64,000 bases of DNA, from NCBI RefSeq assembly GCF_009914755.1, contig NC_060933.1; one strand, 5' to 3'. The stretch comes from the human T2T-CHM13v2.0 reference genome, Homo sapiens. The position numbers and the translations under genes were made by a program. Positions 15,613 to 28,100 of the stretch are shown in pieces (position 1 is the first letter of the stretch; each line of letters begins with the position of its first letter). The notes beneath the pieces were generated by a model. That model did no database searches, was not told the DNA's origin, and saw only the letters and a program-made list of their open reading frames with translations.

Positions 15613-18600
15613 GTATTTCATTTTTCTGTTTCATATATTAAGCTTCCAAATAAGAATTCCAAGCCTTACATTTTCACCAGATGTCTAACTTTTTGTAAAC
15701 ACTTCCCCATTGTTTACTTCTGTTAGGTAAAGAAGTATTCCAATAGGTAGAAAGGAAAGTTAACCCTCTATTTGTACTTTGGGACTTAACAAATGAAACA
15801 AATACCTTGGGATAGAGCCAACATGGGTCTTAGCAAATGCATTAATTAAATTATTGAGTCAACCTCTGTGCTTGCTAGACTGAAAAGGATCCATTCTCCC
15901 AGACCTCTTAGGAAAAGAGATTCTTTATTATGTGTCTTTAAAGTTAGTATTTGATATGGACACCTGAGGAGTTCATGGGTTTCAGTGACCTTTTACTATG
16001 GACCTGTTTCCAGTCAATTCATGTTTTCCTCACAGCCAGACAGCTGTTTATTACTGTGTCTTCCCGCATTCTCTACAATATTTTCTACTGAGACCTCGAG
16101 CAGCTTGTTAGTGGGAAGTAAATATTGATTTGGCATCCTGTCAATGCAGAAAGAATGAAAAAATTTCCACCAGAGGCCCCTCAAACATTTTCCTATCGAC
16201 ATTTTCTGGGCCGAGTGGAAAGCTGCATAGAGGATGACAAGGCCAAGACGAGTTGAAATCCCTGAGGGGTCTGTTGAGACTGCTGCTGTGACCTGTGTGA
16301 TACTTTTTCTTCCCTTTCAAGTATTTTTTTAATACACATATAGTCTGCTGGGATGCGCCCCTCTTGTAAGTGATCAAGGGCAGTTTATTGGCAGGTGAGA
16401 GCCCTGCTTTTCTAGTCATAGCCAGCTTTTGTTTTGACATCACTGACAGCATGTAATGTATTCTAAAACTTTTTCATTATAGTTCTTTTGGCTTAACCTA
16501 ATTTTTTATTTTTTAAATGGACTGGAATAAATAAAAGCCAAAACATATTTGTCAAAATACCCCAAAAATTGTCCTGTGATTTTTGGAAAGTCATTGTAAA
16601 TGTTTCTGTGTAAAGATTAAAAATAGAAACTGATATTAAATGCAATTATTTTACATTTATATTAACAAGTATCAGTTTCCGTGCTTTTAGTAAAGTCGAG
16701 AATAAATAAATAGTATATCAACAATTCATGTTAGTATCAGTTTGATATATTTTTGAAACATTGTCTGGAATCACTTTAATAACAATAGGTGATTAAAAAT
16801 CATTTGCTGAAAGTTGTTTAAGTGTAGATGTGCAGGTGCTAGACAAAGCCTTTTACACTGACTACTTGCTTTTGAGAACAGAGGCCATTTCTTAATCATG
16901 TGGTACTCCCAGAACCTAGCTCAGTGGCTGACACATCAAAGAATTCAATAATGATTGTAATGAGGTTTTTCTTTTCAACTTGAAAATGATAAAAATAAAC
17001 TTTTTAATGAATTTTTAAAATGTTCACTTTGTAAATATGGCCTGTATTTATTTGAATTAGAAATTTTATCATAATTATGACTATAAAAATAATAAATCTG
17101 TACGTGTAAAGCTTTGTTAAATTTTACTAAAACTGTACTGACACTGGACCTGAGTTTTTTTGGTTAACACGTGGAGAGGTATATACATACATTCTGCATT
17201 AGCTGAATGTATGCTTATTCTGTCCAGTGAGTATAAAAAAATTCTGTTGAAAATGGCATCAGACTGCTTAATACTGCAGCTTGATATAGTGCCTTTTTGT
17301 GCCACTGAGCCTGGACTCTGGAATATAATTGCCAGGCAGTATTGATTTAATTGCCCAGGTTTATTTGTGGACTCCTAATTATTGACTGGAGGTAAATTTA
17401 ATGGAGCAGCCTTTATGAACACTGGGAAACCGCTGCTGTTGCTGTTATACGTAATGAACTGCATCATGTGCCTTTAGATCATTTTTCAAGCTAATTTTAT
17501 TCCACTGTGACAGTATGATAACATTTAAAAAGTCAAAGACTTTTTATTTTTATTACTGACATAGGTGGTTTTGCTGATGTCTTTGAATTTTGTGAGAGAA
17601 CAAATAGGTACTTCATTGGTTGCACTTGAATGTCACTTTATAATTACACCCAAGAGAAAAATCTATAAAATAGAAAACACCTTTTTTTTTTAGCCTACTT
17701 TTCTTCTCTCTCAATCCAAGCAATTATATTTGTCCTGAATTTTAGAAAAGGTTTTCTTTGCCCACCAGCCTTTTTTTAGAGTCTGAGTTACACTCACAGG
17801 ATTGTATGGGCAAAAGTGTAAATATGTTCATTCATACATTTTGTTTAGTTTATGGCTTATTGCTCATTGGGTATGAGCTTACATCATCTTCACATTGTGG
17901 AATAACTGAAGACATTTTCTAAAAATTACTAATTAGTCCAATGTTGATTTTTTTATTCAAATATTTTGATAAAATTATTGGAAAACCTCTCTTTTATGTC
18001 CTCTCTGTGTGTTGGGTGCTGTATGTGATCAAATCCTGAGATTATCAGGGTGAATCTGGCCCTGTGATTTTGTCTTTTGTTTGATTGGGCCACAGAATTG
18101 CTTTCTGTTAAAAAAAATATTTTTTTTTCTGCTTTTGTTTGATAGAATGTCATATTGATAAAATATTCACCACAAAATAAAAAGCTGTTCTTCCATGTGG
18201 TAATGTGGAACTAATAATAATATGATACCTACTGCTGTTGTTAGCTACAAGTGCATGAGAACTAAAAGGTCTAAAATTTTAACTTATGTATATTTGATAC
18301 AGAACTCAGATATATGCCATTATTTCAAGTAGTTGTGATGCTATTGGTAATTTTTTATATTTGACATTTATCTGCAGCTTGTCTTTGTCCCCAGAGATTT
18401 CTAGTAATAAGAACCACACTGAAAAAATCTTACTAAGTCTACTTTCATCTTTCTATGGCATAGCTGCCTTTAATTTCTTTGAACATTTTTAATCTGTATA
18501 AATCTCTCTTTTCACATTGATATATTTTTTAAAACTTGTAATTTATGGCAGAGACAAAGAAGCAAATTGATAATTAAAGCAGGATGGGAGAAACCACCAA

Positions 18601-18639
18601 AATTACTTTGTCTATAGTTTAGGGAGTGGGAGAAAAGAT

Positions 18640-18930
18640 AGAAATAGGAAAAGTAGGCTGGGACCAAATTATAAAAGCTTTTGAGCAGGGTCGGGATGTA
18701 ATCAGAGTTGTGCTTTAGAAAGATGCTGAAGGCCAACATTGTAGGATGGTTGGAGAGAGGAGACTGGGAGCAAAAAGGTTCTAGGTAAGGGGCAGTGAGA
18801 GTCTGGATGTGGCCTGGCCATGGTATTAGAAAGGCTGGAGACAGATTGTGATCTACATTCTAATGAGTGAATAGATAGCAGTAATGAGATTAGATGAAAG
18901 GGGTCTGGGTGGAAACCAAAAGATGGGTGA
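18640..18930 (-). mobile_element. L2 fragment
   Basis: ttttgagcagg...tgctttagaaagat...ggagactggga pattern. Confidence 0.6.
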
Positions 18931-19014
18931 GTTTAATATACTACATGAGGAGAGAAAGATAATGATATCTTTGGAGGTTTAGGGAACAAAAGAGGTAAGG
19001 CAGTTTTAGTTAAA

Positions 19015-19292
19015 CAAAAGAAGTAAAGCCAGGCATAAAATGTTACATACTTTATGATTCCATTCATACAAAATATAAAAATAGGCAAATTTATAGACAG
19101 TATGTTCGTGGTTGCCAGAGGCTGGGGGGATATAGAGAGTGACTGCTTACGGATAGAATTTCTCTGAGGATGATGAAAATGCTCTGGAATTACTAGTGAT
19201 GGCTGCACAATTTTGCGAATGTACTAAAAACCAATGATTTATATACTTTAAAATGGTGAGTTTTGCTATGTGAATTTTATCTCCACTTAAAA
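19015..19292 (+). mobile_element. L1MB-type 3' end
   Basis: tatgattccattcata...gtggttgccagaggctgggg...tgtgaattttatctc. Confidence 0.8.
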
Positions 19293-21149
19293 CAGTTAAC
19301 TCCTTGATAATGGAAAATATTACAAAAAGAAAAAAAAGAATACATTTAAAAGTAAATTTAATAAATTGCTTATTTCACGTGTGTTGTGCCCCCCACCAAT
19401 AGCAGAGATTTCTTTAAATGCAATTGAACTTGAATTCTGTCTAGTGGCTGTAAATATGAGTAAATGATATAAATATTTTTATTTCAAACTCAATAGTTTC
19501 TTTTCAGTTGGCCCATAAGGAGATGTACTACCTTTATATTCTAATTGGTCTTACCTGTTCACATATCCAAACAAGGAGTCAGTTTTTTAAACTTTGCCCA
19601 CTAAAAGACAGTGTTTATCTGTTCTGCCCATTCTGATCCCCCAAATTAAAATTATAATAAAGGTCATTTTTAGGCCTTTATGATACCCAAAACAGTCCTT
19701 TGCACTTGTGACTTTATAAAGGCAATGAAAATAATTAGTGGAAATTAAGCTGAGCCTGTGCTCGGGAATCATTAAAAAATATATATATGAGTACCTTCTA
19801 CATGCCAGGTATTATTTCAGGTTTGGAGAATATGGCAGTGAATAAAAGAGATAAAAATTCACTACTGTTATAGAATTTACACTTCTGGGGACGGAGGACA
19901 ATAAATAGTTAAAATGTATAAACTATGAAATTTACTAGGTAGTTAACTTGAGTAGAATTATGGGTGGGTAGATACATTAAAATATGTATATATGTATAAA
20001 ACAAATATTACATAGTTATAACCAGAGTGTGGGTCTTTACTAAGATTTCTATAAATACCCTTAGACAGGAATGGCTAGAAAATGTGTTCTTGATTTATGG
20101 TGTGTTGCTTTATTCTTTGTTATTTGCTAATCCTTTTTTAGGTTTCATTTTGTCCATTTTAGTCCACTTTGTATAGATCATTTTCTTCTATTGGAACTAT
20201 ATAAAAAATTCTGTCTGTTTGCCTTCAGTTTTTGAGAATTTAAAGTAAAGACTTTGATCAGTGGCTTTTCTTTACCTTTAAATATCTCTGTTCCTATTAG
20301 TTGCTTCAGATCTTGCAAATGCTGAAATTTAAAATGGCTAACTTTCCCCAGTGTCCTCTCTGCAAAATATGCTTACCTTCTGTAGAATGCCTTGCAGTGT
20401 GGCAGTGGGAAGGGTTTTATAAATCTCCCTGGCTTTTGTAAATAGAATATACTACTAGCCTGAAGGTTAACTGAAAGTTTCTCCTTGCAACTCTGAAGCC
20501 ATTTACTCTGTGGTTATTTCCTGTGTTGCACTTATAACAAATGCATTCAGAAACTGACATACTCACTCACTCACTCTGTCTCATCCATGTAAGCCTACAC
20601 ACTCAGTAACCCATACAGAATTAATCCTCACATTTAGATGAAGTAGCAAGAGTTTAAAATTCTCTACTCACAGCCTTGCTGTTTTTTTTCAATTTAACAA
20701 AGTAAGCCTACTTTCGTATCACTAGAATGTGATTACAGTTAAAAGGATCCTTTTAATAAAATAATTAAATTTATTTGAATCTACAATATCAGTTTTTTCT
20801 TGTAATTCCTTTTTCTTTCTTTCTTTCTTTCTTATTTTATTGTTTTCTTCGTGTAGTTTTACCTCCTCTAATATATATTCTTGTGCTATAAGAAAACAAA
20901 GAAGTTTGTAACCAGTATTCTAAAATTAAGTCTCAACCAAATATAAAGAGATTTCTGCCTGGAAGTTCTTTATTAACAGCTAATTCAATTGCTGTATCTA
21001 TTTGAAGTTAGCAGTACTATTTATTCAACAAACTTTTATCGAGTGCTGATAGTATGTAAAAGTGCTAGTCAGCATGGGAAACAAATGGGACAATTCATGT
21101 CTTTAAAAAGCTTAAACTCTAAAGTAGGAAATTAATAAGTGTTAGGAGG

Positions 21150-21815
21150 CAGAGAAAATTGTACACTTGTATGTTGCTAATGATAATGTAAAAGGGTGCT
21201 GTTATTGTGGAAAACGCTATGGCAGTTCCTCCACACATTAAGCATAGAGTTACCATATTATCCAGTAATTCTGCCTTGGGGTATATCTCCAAAAGAATTG
21301 GAAGCAGGAACTCAAACAGATATTTGTACACCAATGCTCACAACAGCGTTGTTGACAATAGCCAAATGATGGAAATGATCCAAATGCCCACCGATGAATG
21401 AATGGATAAACAAAATGTGGTTTATGCATACAGTTTATTATTCAGCCTTAAAAAGGCATGAAGTACTGAAACATGCTACAATATGGATGAACCTTCAAGA
21501 CATTATGCTAAGTGAAATAAGTCAAACACAAAAGGACAAATACCCTGATTCCACTTATTTGAGATTAGTTAAGTTCATAGAGACAGAAAGTAGAATGGTG
21601 GTTGTCAAGGGCTGGTGGAACGAGGGGAATGGGGAGTTACTGTTTAATATACGTGGAATTTCAGTTTGGAAAGATGAAAAAATCCTAGAGATAGAGGTGG
21701 TGATGGTTACACAACAACATGAATGTAATTAATGCCACTGAGTAAGTGACTTAAAAATGATTCAAATGATAAAATGTTTATCATTTCTATAACATAAAAC
21801 AATTTTTAAAAAATC
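21150..21815 (+). mobile_element. L1MB-type 3' end
   Basis: gaatggataaacaaaatgtgg, atggatgaaccttcaagacattatgctaagtgaaataag; source of ORFs 21207 and 21394. Confidence 0.85.
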
Positions 21816-22439
21816 TAAAGTAGGATTTATAGTCAATATATGTGGGGACACAGGTAATATTCATTTCCATTATGATTTCCAAAATATTGGGAGGCTCTTA
21901 TTAATATAAGAGCCAAATTAGTATAGTCAAATATAGTATGGAACAGTTTTGCCTTCTAGATAGACAAGTTCCTTGAGAGCACAGTGAGTAATCTTTTACC
22001 TCCTATACCGTGCTAAGGGAAAACAAAAAGTCAGTAAATTGTGCCCTAAAAATATGGATTACCCAGAGAAGCATTAAAATGACTCCTATTCTTGCACCTT
22101 GAAAAGCCCATCCTATGTCACCTCATTCTGTTTTTTTAACTTTCGAGGGATATTAGCAAGAACATTTTTCATCTAGATTTAGAGCTAGATTTTTCCTTGG
22201 CTGCAGAAAATAGAACAAGATACGTGAAGCACAATGGGTAATAAAATCAAAACTCCATACTTAAAATGTTTGCATTGTAAAATATCTAAGCCAACCACTC
22301 TTCCAGAGCATGAGCTCTGCCTTGTGGAATAATAGGAAACTCAGTAACTGCTGAAGAAATCCATGTTCAGCACGTGAGTGCCTGAGATTCATTCGGTTTC
22401 TCCTTATATTGACCAGAACTCTCTCCACACAGTAAACTT

Positions 22440-22620
22440 ACAATGGCTTATAGTCAGAAGACCTGGGGTTGCGTTCTGTCTCACGTTAGCATGAGAAGAA
22501 GTTAGCTCAAGGCAAGTAACTAAAGCCTCTTTAATTCAATATCTTCAACTATAAGATAGAAAGAATACCACCTGACAGATTTGGAATGATAAAATAATGC
22601 ATGCCAAAATGCATTGTCCC
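22440..22620 (+). mobile_element. MIR
   Basis: cagaagacctggggtt...ggcaagtaactaaagcctct core. Confidence 0.6.
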
Positions 22621-22910
22621 TTGTAAAAGTGTTTTGTCACCCTTAAAAAGGATAACCGTTTGAGGCCTGGGGAAAATACATGGAAAATAACTCAAACTTA
22701 GTATGCTAGTGATTTCTCATGTTTAATTATTTTTAATTTATTTTAAAAGCATATCTGTTTGCTAGATTTGCTACTAGTCTCCCCAGAAGATGCCTAACCC
22801 ATTGCCTACTATAGAGTAAATACAGTCATCACTGCATGAGGACATTTTGGCCAATGACAGACCACACTATACAATGGTGTCCCCATAAGATGATAATGAA
22901 GCTGAAAATT

Positions 22911-23205
22911 TTTTTTTAATTAACTTTTATTTTAGGTTTAGGACTACATGTGCAGGTTGTTATATAGGTAAACTCATGTCGTGGGGGTTTGTTGTATAGA
23001 TTATTTCATCAACCAGGTACTAAGCCTAGTAGCCAATAGTTATTTTTTTCTGATCCTGTCCCTCCTCCCACCCTCTACCGTCAAATAGGCCCCAGGGTCT
23101 GCTGTTCCCCTTCTCTGTGTCCATATGTTCTCATCATTTAGCTCCCACTTATAAGTGAGAATAGGCAATATTTGGTTTTCTGTTCCTGCATTAGTTTGCT
23201 AAGGG
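22911..23205 (-). mobile_element. 5'-truncated L1PA (older) 3' end
   Basis: tacatgtgcagg...ctcccacttataagtgagaa; TSD ataatg(a/g)agctgaaaa. Confidence 0.9.
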
Positions 23206-23423
23206 TATAATGGAGCTGAAAAATTCTTATCCACAAGTGACACTGTAACCATCCTAAGGTTGTAGCACAACACATTACTCTCGTTTGTGGTAATGCTGGT
23301 GTAAACAAACCTGCTGTGCTGCCACCCATAGAAAAGTATAGCGTATACAATTATGTACTGCACATAATACTCAATAATGATAATAAATGTCTGTTACTAG
23401 TTTATGTATTTACTATACCATAC

Positions 23424-23725
23424 TTTTTTTTTTTTTTTTTTTTTGGTCACAGAGTCTTGCTCTGTCTCCCAGGCTGAAGTGCAATGGCGCAATCGTGGCT
23501 CACCAAAACCTCCGCCTGCCAGACTCGAGCAGTTCTGCCTCAGCCTCCTGAGTAGCTGGGACTACAGGTGCGTGCCACCATGCCCAGCTAATTTTTTTTA
23601 TCTTTTGCAGAGATTGGGTTTTGCCATGTTGCCCAGGCTGGTCTCCAACTCCTGAGCTCAGGTGATCTGCCTGCCTCAGCCTCTCAAAGTGCTGGGATTA
23701 CAGATGTGAGCCGCTGTGCCCAGTC
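23424..23725 (-). mobile_element. AluJb-like, antisense to CNTLN
   Basis: T tract and dimeric Alu; gttgcccaggctggtctc, ctcctgagctcaggtgat. Confidence 0.93.
23453..23551 (+). CDS. CNTLN: Alternative Alu-derived exon (exon 23453-23567) encoding C-terminus [32 protein letters not shown]
   Basis: T21 tract then ggtcacAG|AGT in phase 0; TGA at 23549-23551; donor CAG|GTGCGT at 23567/23568; lies in the right arm of an antisense Alu. Confidence 0.7.
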   Translation, partial: SLALSPRLKCNGAIVAHQNLRLPDSSSSASAS

Positions 23726-24794
23726 TACTATGCTACGCATTTTATCATTATTTTAGAGTGTACTCTTATACTTATTAAAAAAAAAAACTTAACTGTAAAA
23801 CAGCCTAAGGCAGGTCCTTCAGGAGGTATTCCAGAAGAAGGCATTGTTAACATAGGAGGTGACAGCTCCGTTTGTGTTATTGTCCCTGAAGACCTTCCAG
23901 TGGGACAAGATGTGGAGGTGGAAGACAGGGATAGTGATGACCCTGACCCTATGTAGGCCCAGGGTAATGTGTGTGTTTGTGTCTTATTCTTTAATTAAAA
24001 CGTTTAAAAATAAAAAAATACAAAATTATTTATATCCTTACAGAATAAGGATATAAAAATGTTTTTATACAGCTGTACAGTATGTTTATGTTTTAAGCTA
24101 AGTGTTCTTACATGAGTCAAAAATTAAAGCTTACAAAGTAAAGTTACAGTAAGCTAAAGTTAATTTATTATTGAAGAAAGAAAAAGGTTTTTTAATACAT
24201 TTAATGAAGCTTAAGTATACAGTGTTTATAAAATCTACAGTAGTGTACAGTAATGTCCTAAGTCTTCACATTTACTCACCGCTCACTCACTGACTCGCCC
24301 AGAGCAACTTCCAGTCCCACAGGCTCCATTCATGGTAAGTGTCCTATTCACGGGTACCATTTTATAAAGTCTTCTATACCATATTTTTACTACGCCTTTC
24401 CTATGTTTAGGTATACTAATACTTATGATTGTATTACATTTGCCTACAATATGTAGTACAGTAACATGCAGTAACAGGTTTCTAGCCTAGGAGCAATAGG
24501 CCATAGCATATTGCCTAGGTGTGTAACAGGCTATATCATCTAGGTTTGGACAACGCCAAAATTGCCTAACAATGTATTTCTCAAAATGCATCCCTATTGC
24601 TAAGTGATGCATAACTGTATTTGTAGAGTGCTTTCATTGAGGAGGTATAATTCACTATCCACATTCATCCAGATTCTGGAGCAACATATTTAAATCAACA
24701 CTGAGCGACACAGTGATGAACAAGAGACTGAATAATTCAGTTCTCTTTTGGATCCTTCCCCATCCCTTTATTTTTCCTACCTGTACTATTAAGT

Positions 24795-25141
24795 GTTCTC
24801 TTAGTCATATCAGGCTGTTATCACAGAATACCATAGACTGGGAAACATTTATTTTTCACATTTCTGGGGTCTGAGAAGTCCAAGATCAGGCATTAGCCAT
24901 AGGAGCCTTCTTCCTGTTTTGTAGATCTTGGTCTTCTCATTGTATTCTCACATAGCAGAGTGAGCAAGGGAGCGAGTAAGCTCTCCTATCTCTTTTTATA
25001 AGGCTACTAATCCCATTCAGGATGCTTCCATCCTCATGACCTAATTACCTCCCGAAGCCCTTATCTCTTAATACCATCACATTGCAGTTTAGGATTTCAA
25101 CATACAAATTTTGGGGGAACACAAGCATTTAGTTAATAACA
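24795..25141 (-). mobile_element. MaLR solo LTR (MLT1A/MSTD-like)
   Basis: cttagtc...aataccatagactggg...gtccaagatcagg...gatttcaacata. Confidence 0.8.
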
Positions 25142-28100
25142 AGGGTCTACCTGCTAAATACTTTTTATATCAGTTAAGCTTTCTTTTCCTGAACTCGGAG
25201 TTTGTATCCATGTGATAAACATTGGTATTCACACCTAGTCCTATTGAGCCCCCAAATTCTTTCTTTAATGTCTACATTAAAAGGGACTCCTTGTTAACAG
25301 TGGACTGTAGACTCTTAAAGCATTATCTCTAGCGTGTATATCTCACCTAGTCATGAAGGAGCATACAAGGAATGGACATATCCCCTTCAAGTATATATAC
25401 TACACAGTTCCTGGCATTTGAGAACGAAGTCAGTCATATTAGGATAGTCTGAATACCAGTATTAAGATGTATTTGTCATTATGTGTGCTGGCTTTGTGAG
25501 AAGACAACTGGGACTTCAAAAAGGTCTTGCAGGGGGTTGGAGAAGGTGGGGTAAAGTAATGTGTCAGGCTTTGTGTAAGACCAATGTCCAAACAATTCAT
25601 AGGGGTCCAAACTGATGTCCAAGGGAGCTCAGGGAATTCAATTCCTTTTTGTGCTGGTATCATTGCCCAAAGCATTATCTTAAAGGTGAAGGCACAGCAG
25701 TAGTCTCTGATCTATGAGAATATTGGTCATCAGTTAGGGAAAAGTGACTTGATAGGAGTGGAAAATGAGGGAGGGGAAGAAACTCCCAGCTGCTGAGGAG
25801 CCAGTGACAAGGGTTTAGCTCTATCTAGGCAAGTTTTGGGGACGAGAATTATAGTGTCACACAGGAACCAGACAAGAAGCCTAATCACAGCCTAGAGATG
25901 CTTCTGGATTTGAAGGAAAGTCTATGGCTAACTTAAATTTCTCTTCTATCTTACATAACTTACCATAGCCCTAAAGAACTTGCTGGCAGTTCATTTTACT
26001 AAATCCTGAAGTAAGTTACCAAGCATCTCCCCAACCCCAAGGACTTTATAAATAGAATAGATCACCCATTTGCTTTAAGTGTTACGGAAGCACTCCTTGA
26101 AGCTTTTTTCTTCATTCTGTCTTACAACTTCTAGAGTAATTCAAAATTAAAGAGAAAAAAGCTATAGCCTTCAACAGAGTTTGAAAGCAGCAGGCACAGC
26201 CTTCTCTGTCCATTTTTAGCAGAACTCCAAGAATTCTTTTTTTCTATTATGATATGCAGCAGAAATAGAAACAACCATTTAGGAGATGTGACTCAAAATT
26301 CAGTGCCAAATTTAAATTATAAATACATTGTTCTTTCTGATAGCATTCTTGATTATTTTAACAAGTTCAGTCTTTAACTACAAGATAACAGAGTGGATGC
26401 TAACGACGCAGATTTGTGTGTGTGCTTGTATGTATACATATGTATGTAAATAAATGCATATACCAAATGTTGCACCTTTAATTTTATAATAAACTACATT
26501 ATCGTATCTTACTAAGGTCTCATTAAGTCATATTTTAAGAGCAGATATAATTCATAAAATTTTATATTCTTCACTTTCAATATAACTCTAGATAAAAGTC
26601 ACATTTTATCTTACAAGAAGTATCTTTTTGGTCATAGTCTTCAAACAGAAAACAAGAATTAAAATGGCCAAATTGTTAATTTTGTCCTTTATACTTAAAA
26701 GTTATCCTTATTTCCATTTTTTCTTTCAATGCAAAAGAATTTCAATTTTATATTGAGTATATTCCCATTAATGCTGATGTAATAAGTTATTTTTATGTTT
26801 TGCAATCATTTAAGCTCTGCTATTTTTCTAAGATAGTTCTCAAGCATCTGCAGTCATCATTTATATCATTTATATGTCACCTCTAAAGGAAGCCACAATT
26901 TGTAAGTGTGAGTAATAAATTTAAGATTGTGATAGTTGCATACCAGTTCCTAAAGGTAAACTTCTGTAGGTATTTATATGTCAGAGAAGCTAAAAATCTG
27001 TGTGAAATCAGGGGAGATCCCTCCAGTAATGGAAATCACTCTTTGCAGCAGGAACAGCCAGAATGACTAGGAAGATCTGCCTTAAGACTACCTATAGACC
27101 GAGGCAAACTTTGTCAGATATCCCCGTTAAATTTCTATGCCAAGAAATTTCACTCAGTATGAAATCTTCACCTGTCCATTTTTCTCTTTATGCTAAAGAG
27201 TTCAAGCATGTCTAACTCTGTGCTGATATGCCCAGGAATATCATTTCTCCTTCTTTATCCAAGAGAGAAAAAGAAATCATGCAGGCTCTCTGGACTTTGT
27301 AATCCCTGGCAAATACCATCTGAGATGAAACCCACAGCAGCATAATGTTGGTTTGTTGTTTCAGATGTATTTGATAGGGTGCAAGATCTTTGCTGTGGTC
27401 AGTCAGATTGCCACTTCTATCCAACTCTAAAATCCTGTTAGTAAAAGGGCAGCTATGCCTGTCTGTATGTCTCCCTCAGAGATTTCTAAGGGAGACATAG
27501 CCCCTTCCAGAATGCATATAAAGATAATATAATTAACTATAAACTCCTTGTATGAAATAAATATGCATTTAATCTGGACTTCAAAGTAGAAGGTTTGGCT
27601 CTCTTGTTCTTAGTGTTTTTAAAACATTTTGCACTCAAAAAAATATGGCAAACAAATAAGCAGACCATGTGAATTTTTAAAGTGCTTTCCAAGGCATGTT
27701 GTATTTTAAGTACAGTGTCAGTCCTAACTCTAACCAACCTAGAGCTACATGCTGGGAATTGATGTTCATGTGGTACTATAAGATTTTGAAGAGCTTTCTT
27801 GAATCACTGAAGATTAAATTATGTTCCATCTGACTTTCAGGTTAACTATAATTTATGATGTTTAAGAGTTAGCGTGTTATAAGTAATAACTCTCGATTAA
27901 CCAAAATAGCCAGTTAACTTGAAAATTCCACTCTTAGCCATTTTTATAAACAAAATCTTTTGGTAATACATTCTAGACTAAGCAGAGTTGTTTTGTGTAC
28001 AATCTATGAAAAATGTTTGCTAAATAAATGAATAGTATAAACTTGGTAAGAGAGGTTATTTTTAAAACCAAAGTTGTTAGTGCATTCATTATTTGAATAC

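Larger units (their letters stand above)
22823..24617 (+). mobile_element. Tigger3b-like (Golem) DNA transposon hosting an L1 and an Alu
   Basis: TA|cagtcat...gcataactg|TA termini; internal cagcctaaggcaggtccttcaggaggtattccagaagaagg. Confidence 0.9.

Noticed and set aside
17325-17336. 12-mer ATAATTGCCAGG shared with 50325-50336
   Set aside because: Many 12-mer repeats are expected by chance in 64 kb of AT-rich DNA, and the match does not extend
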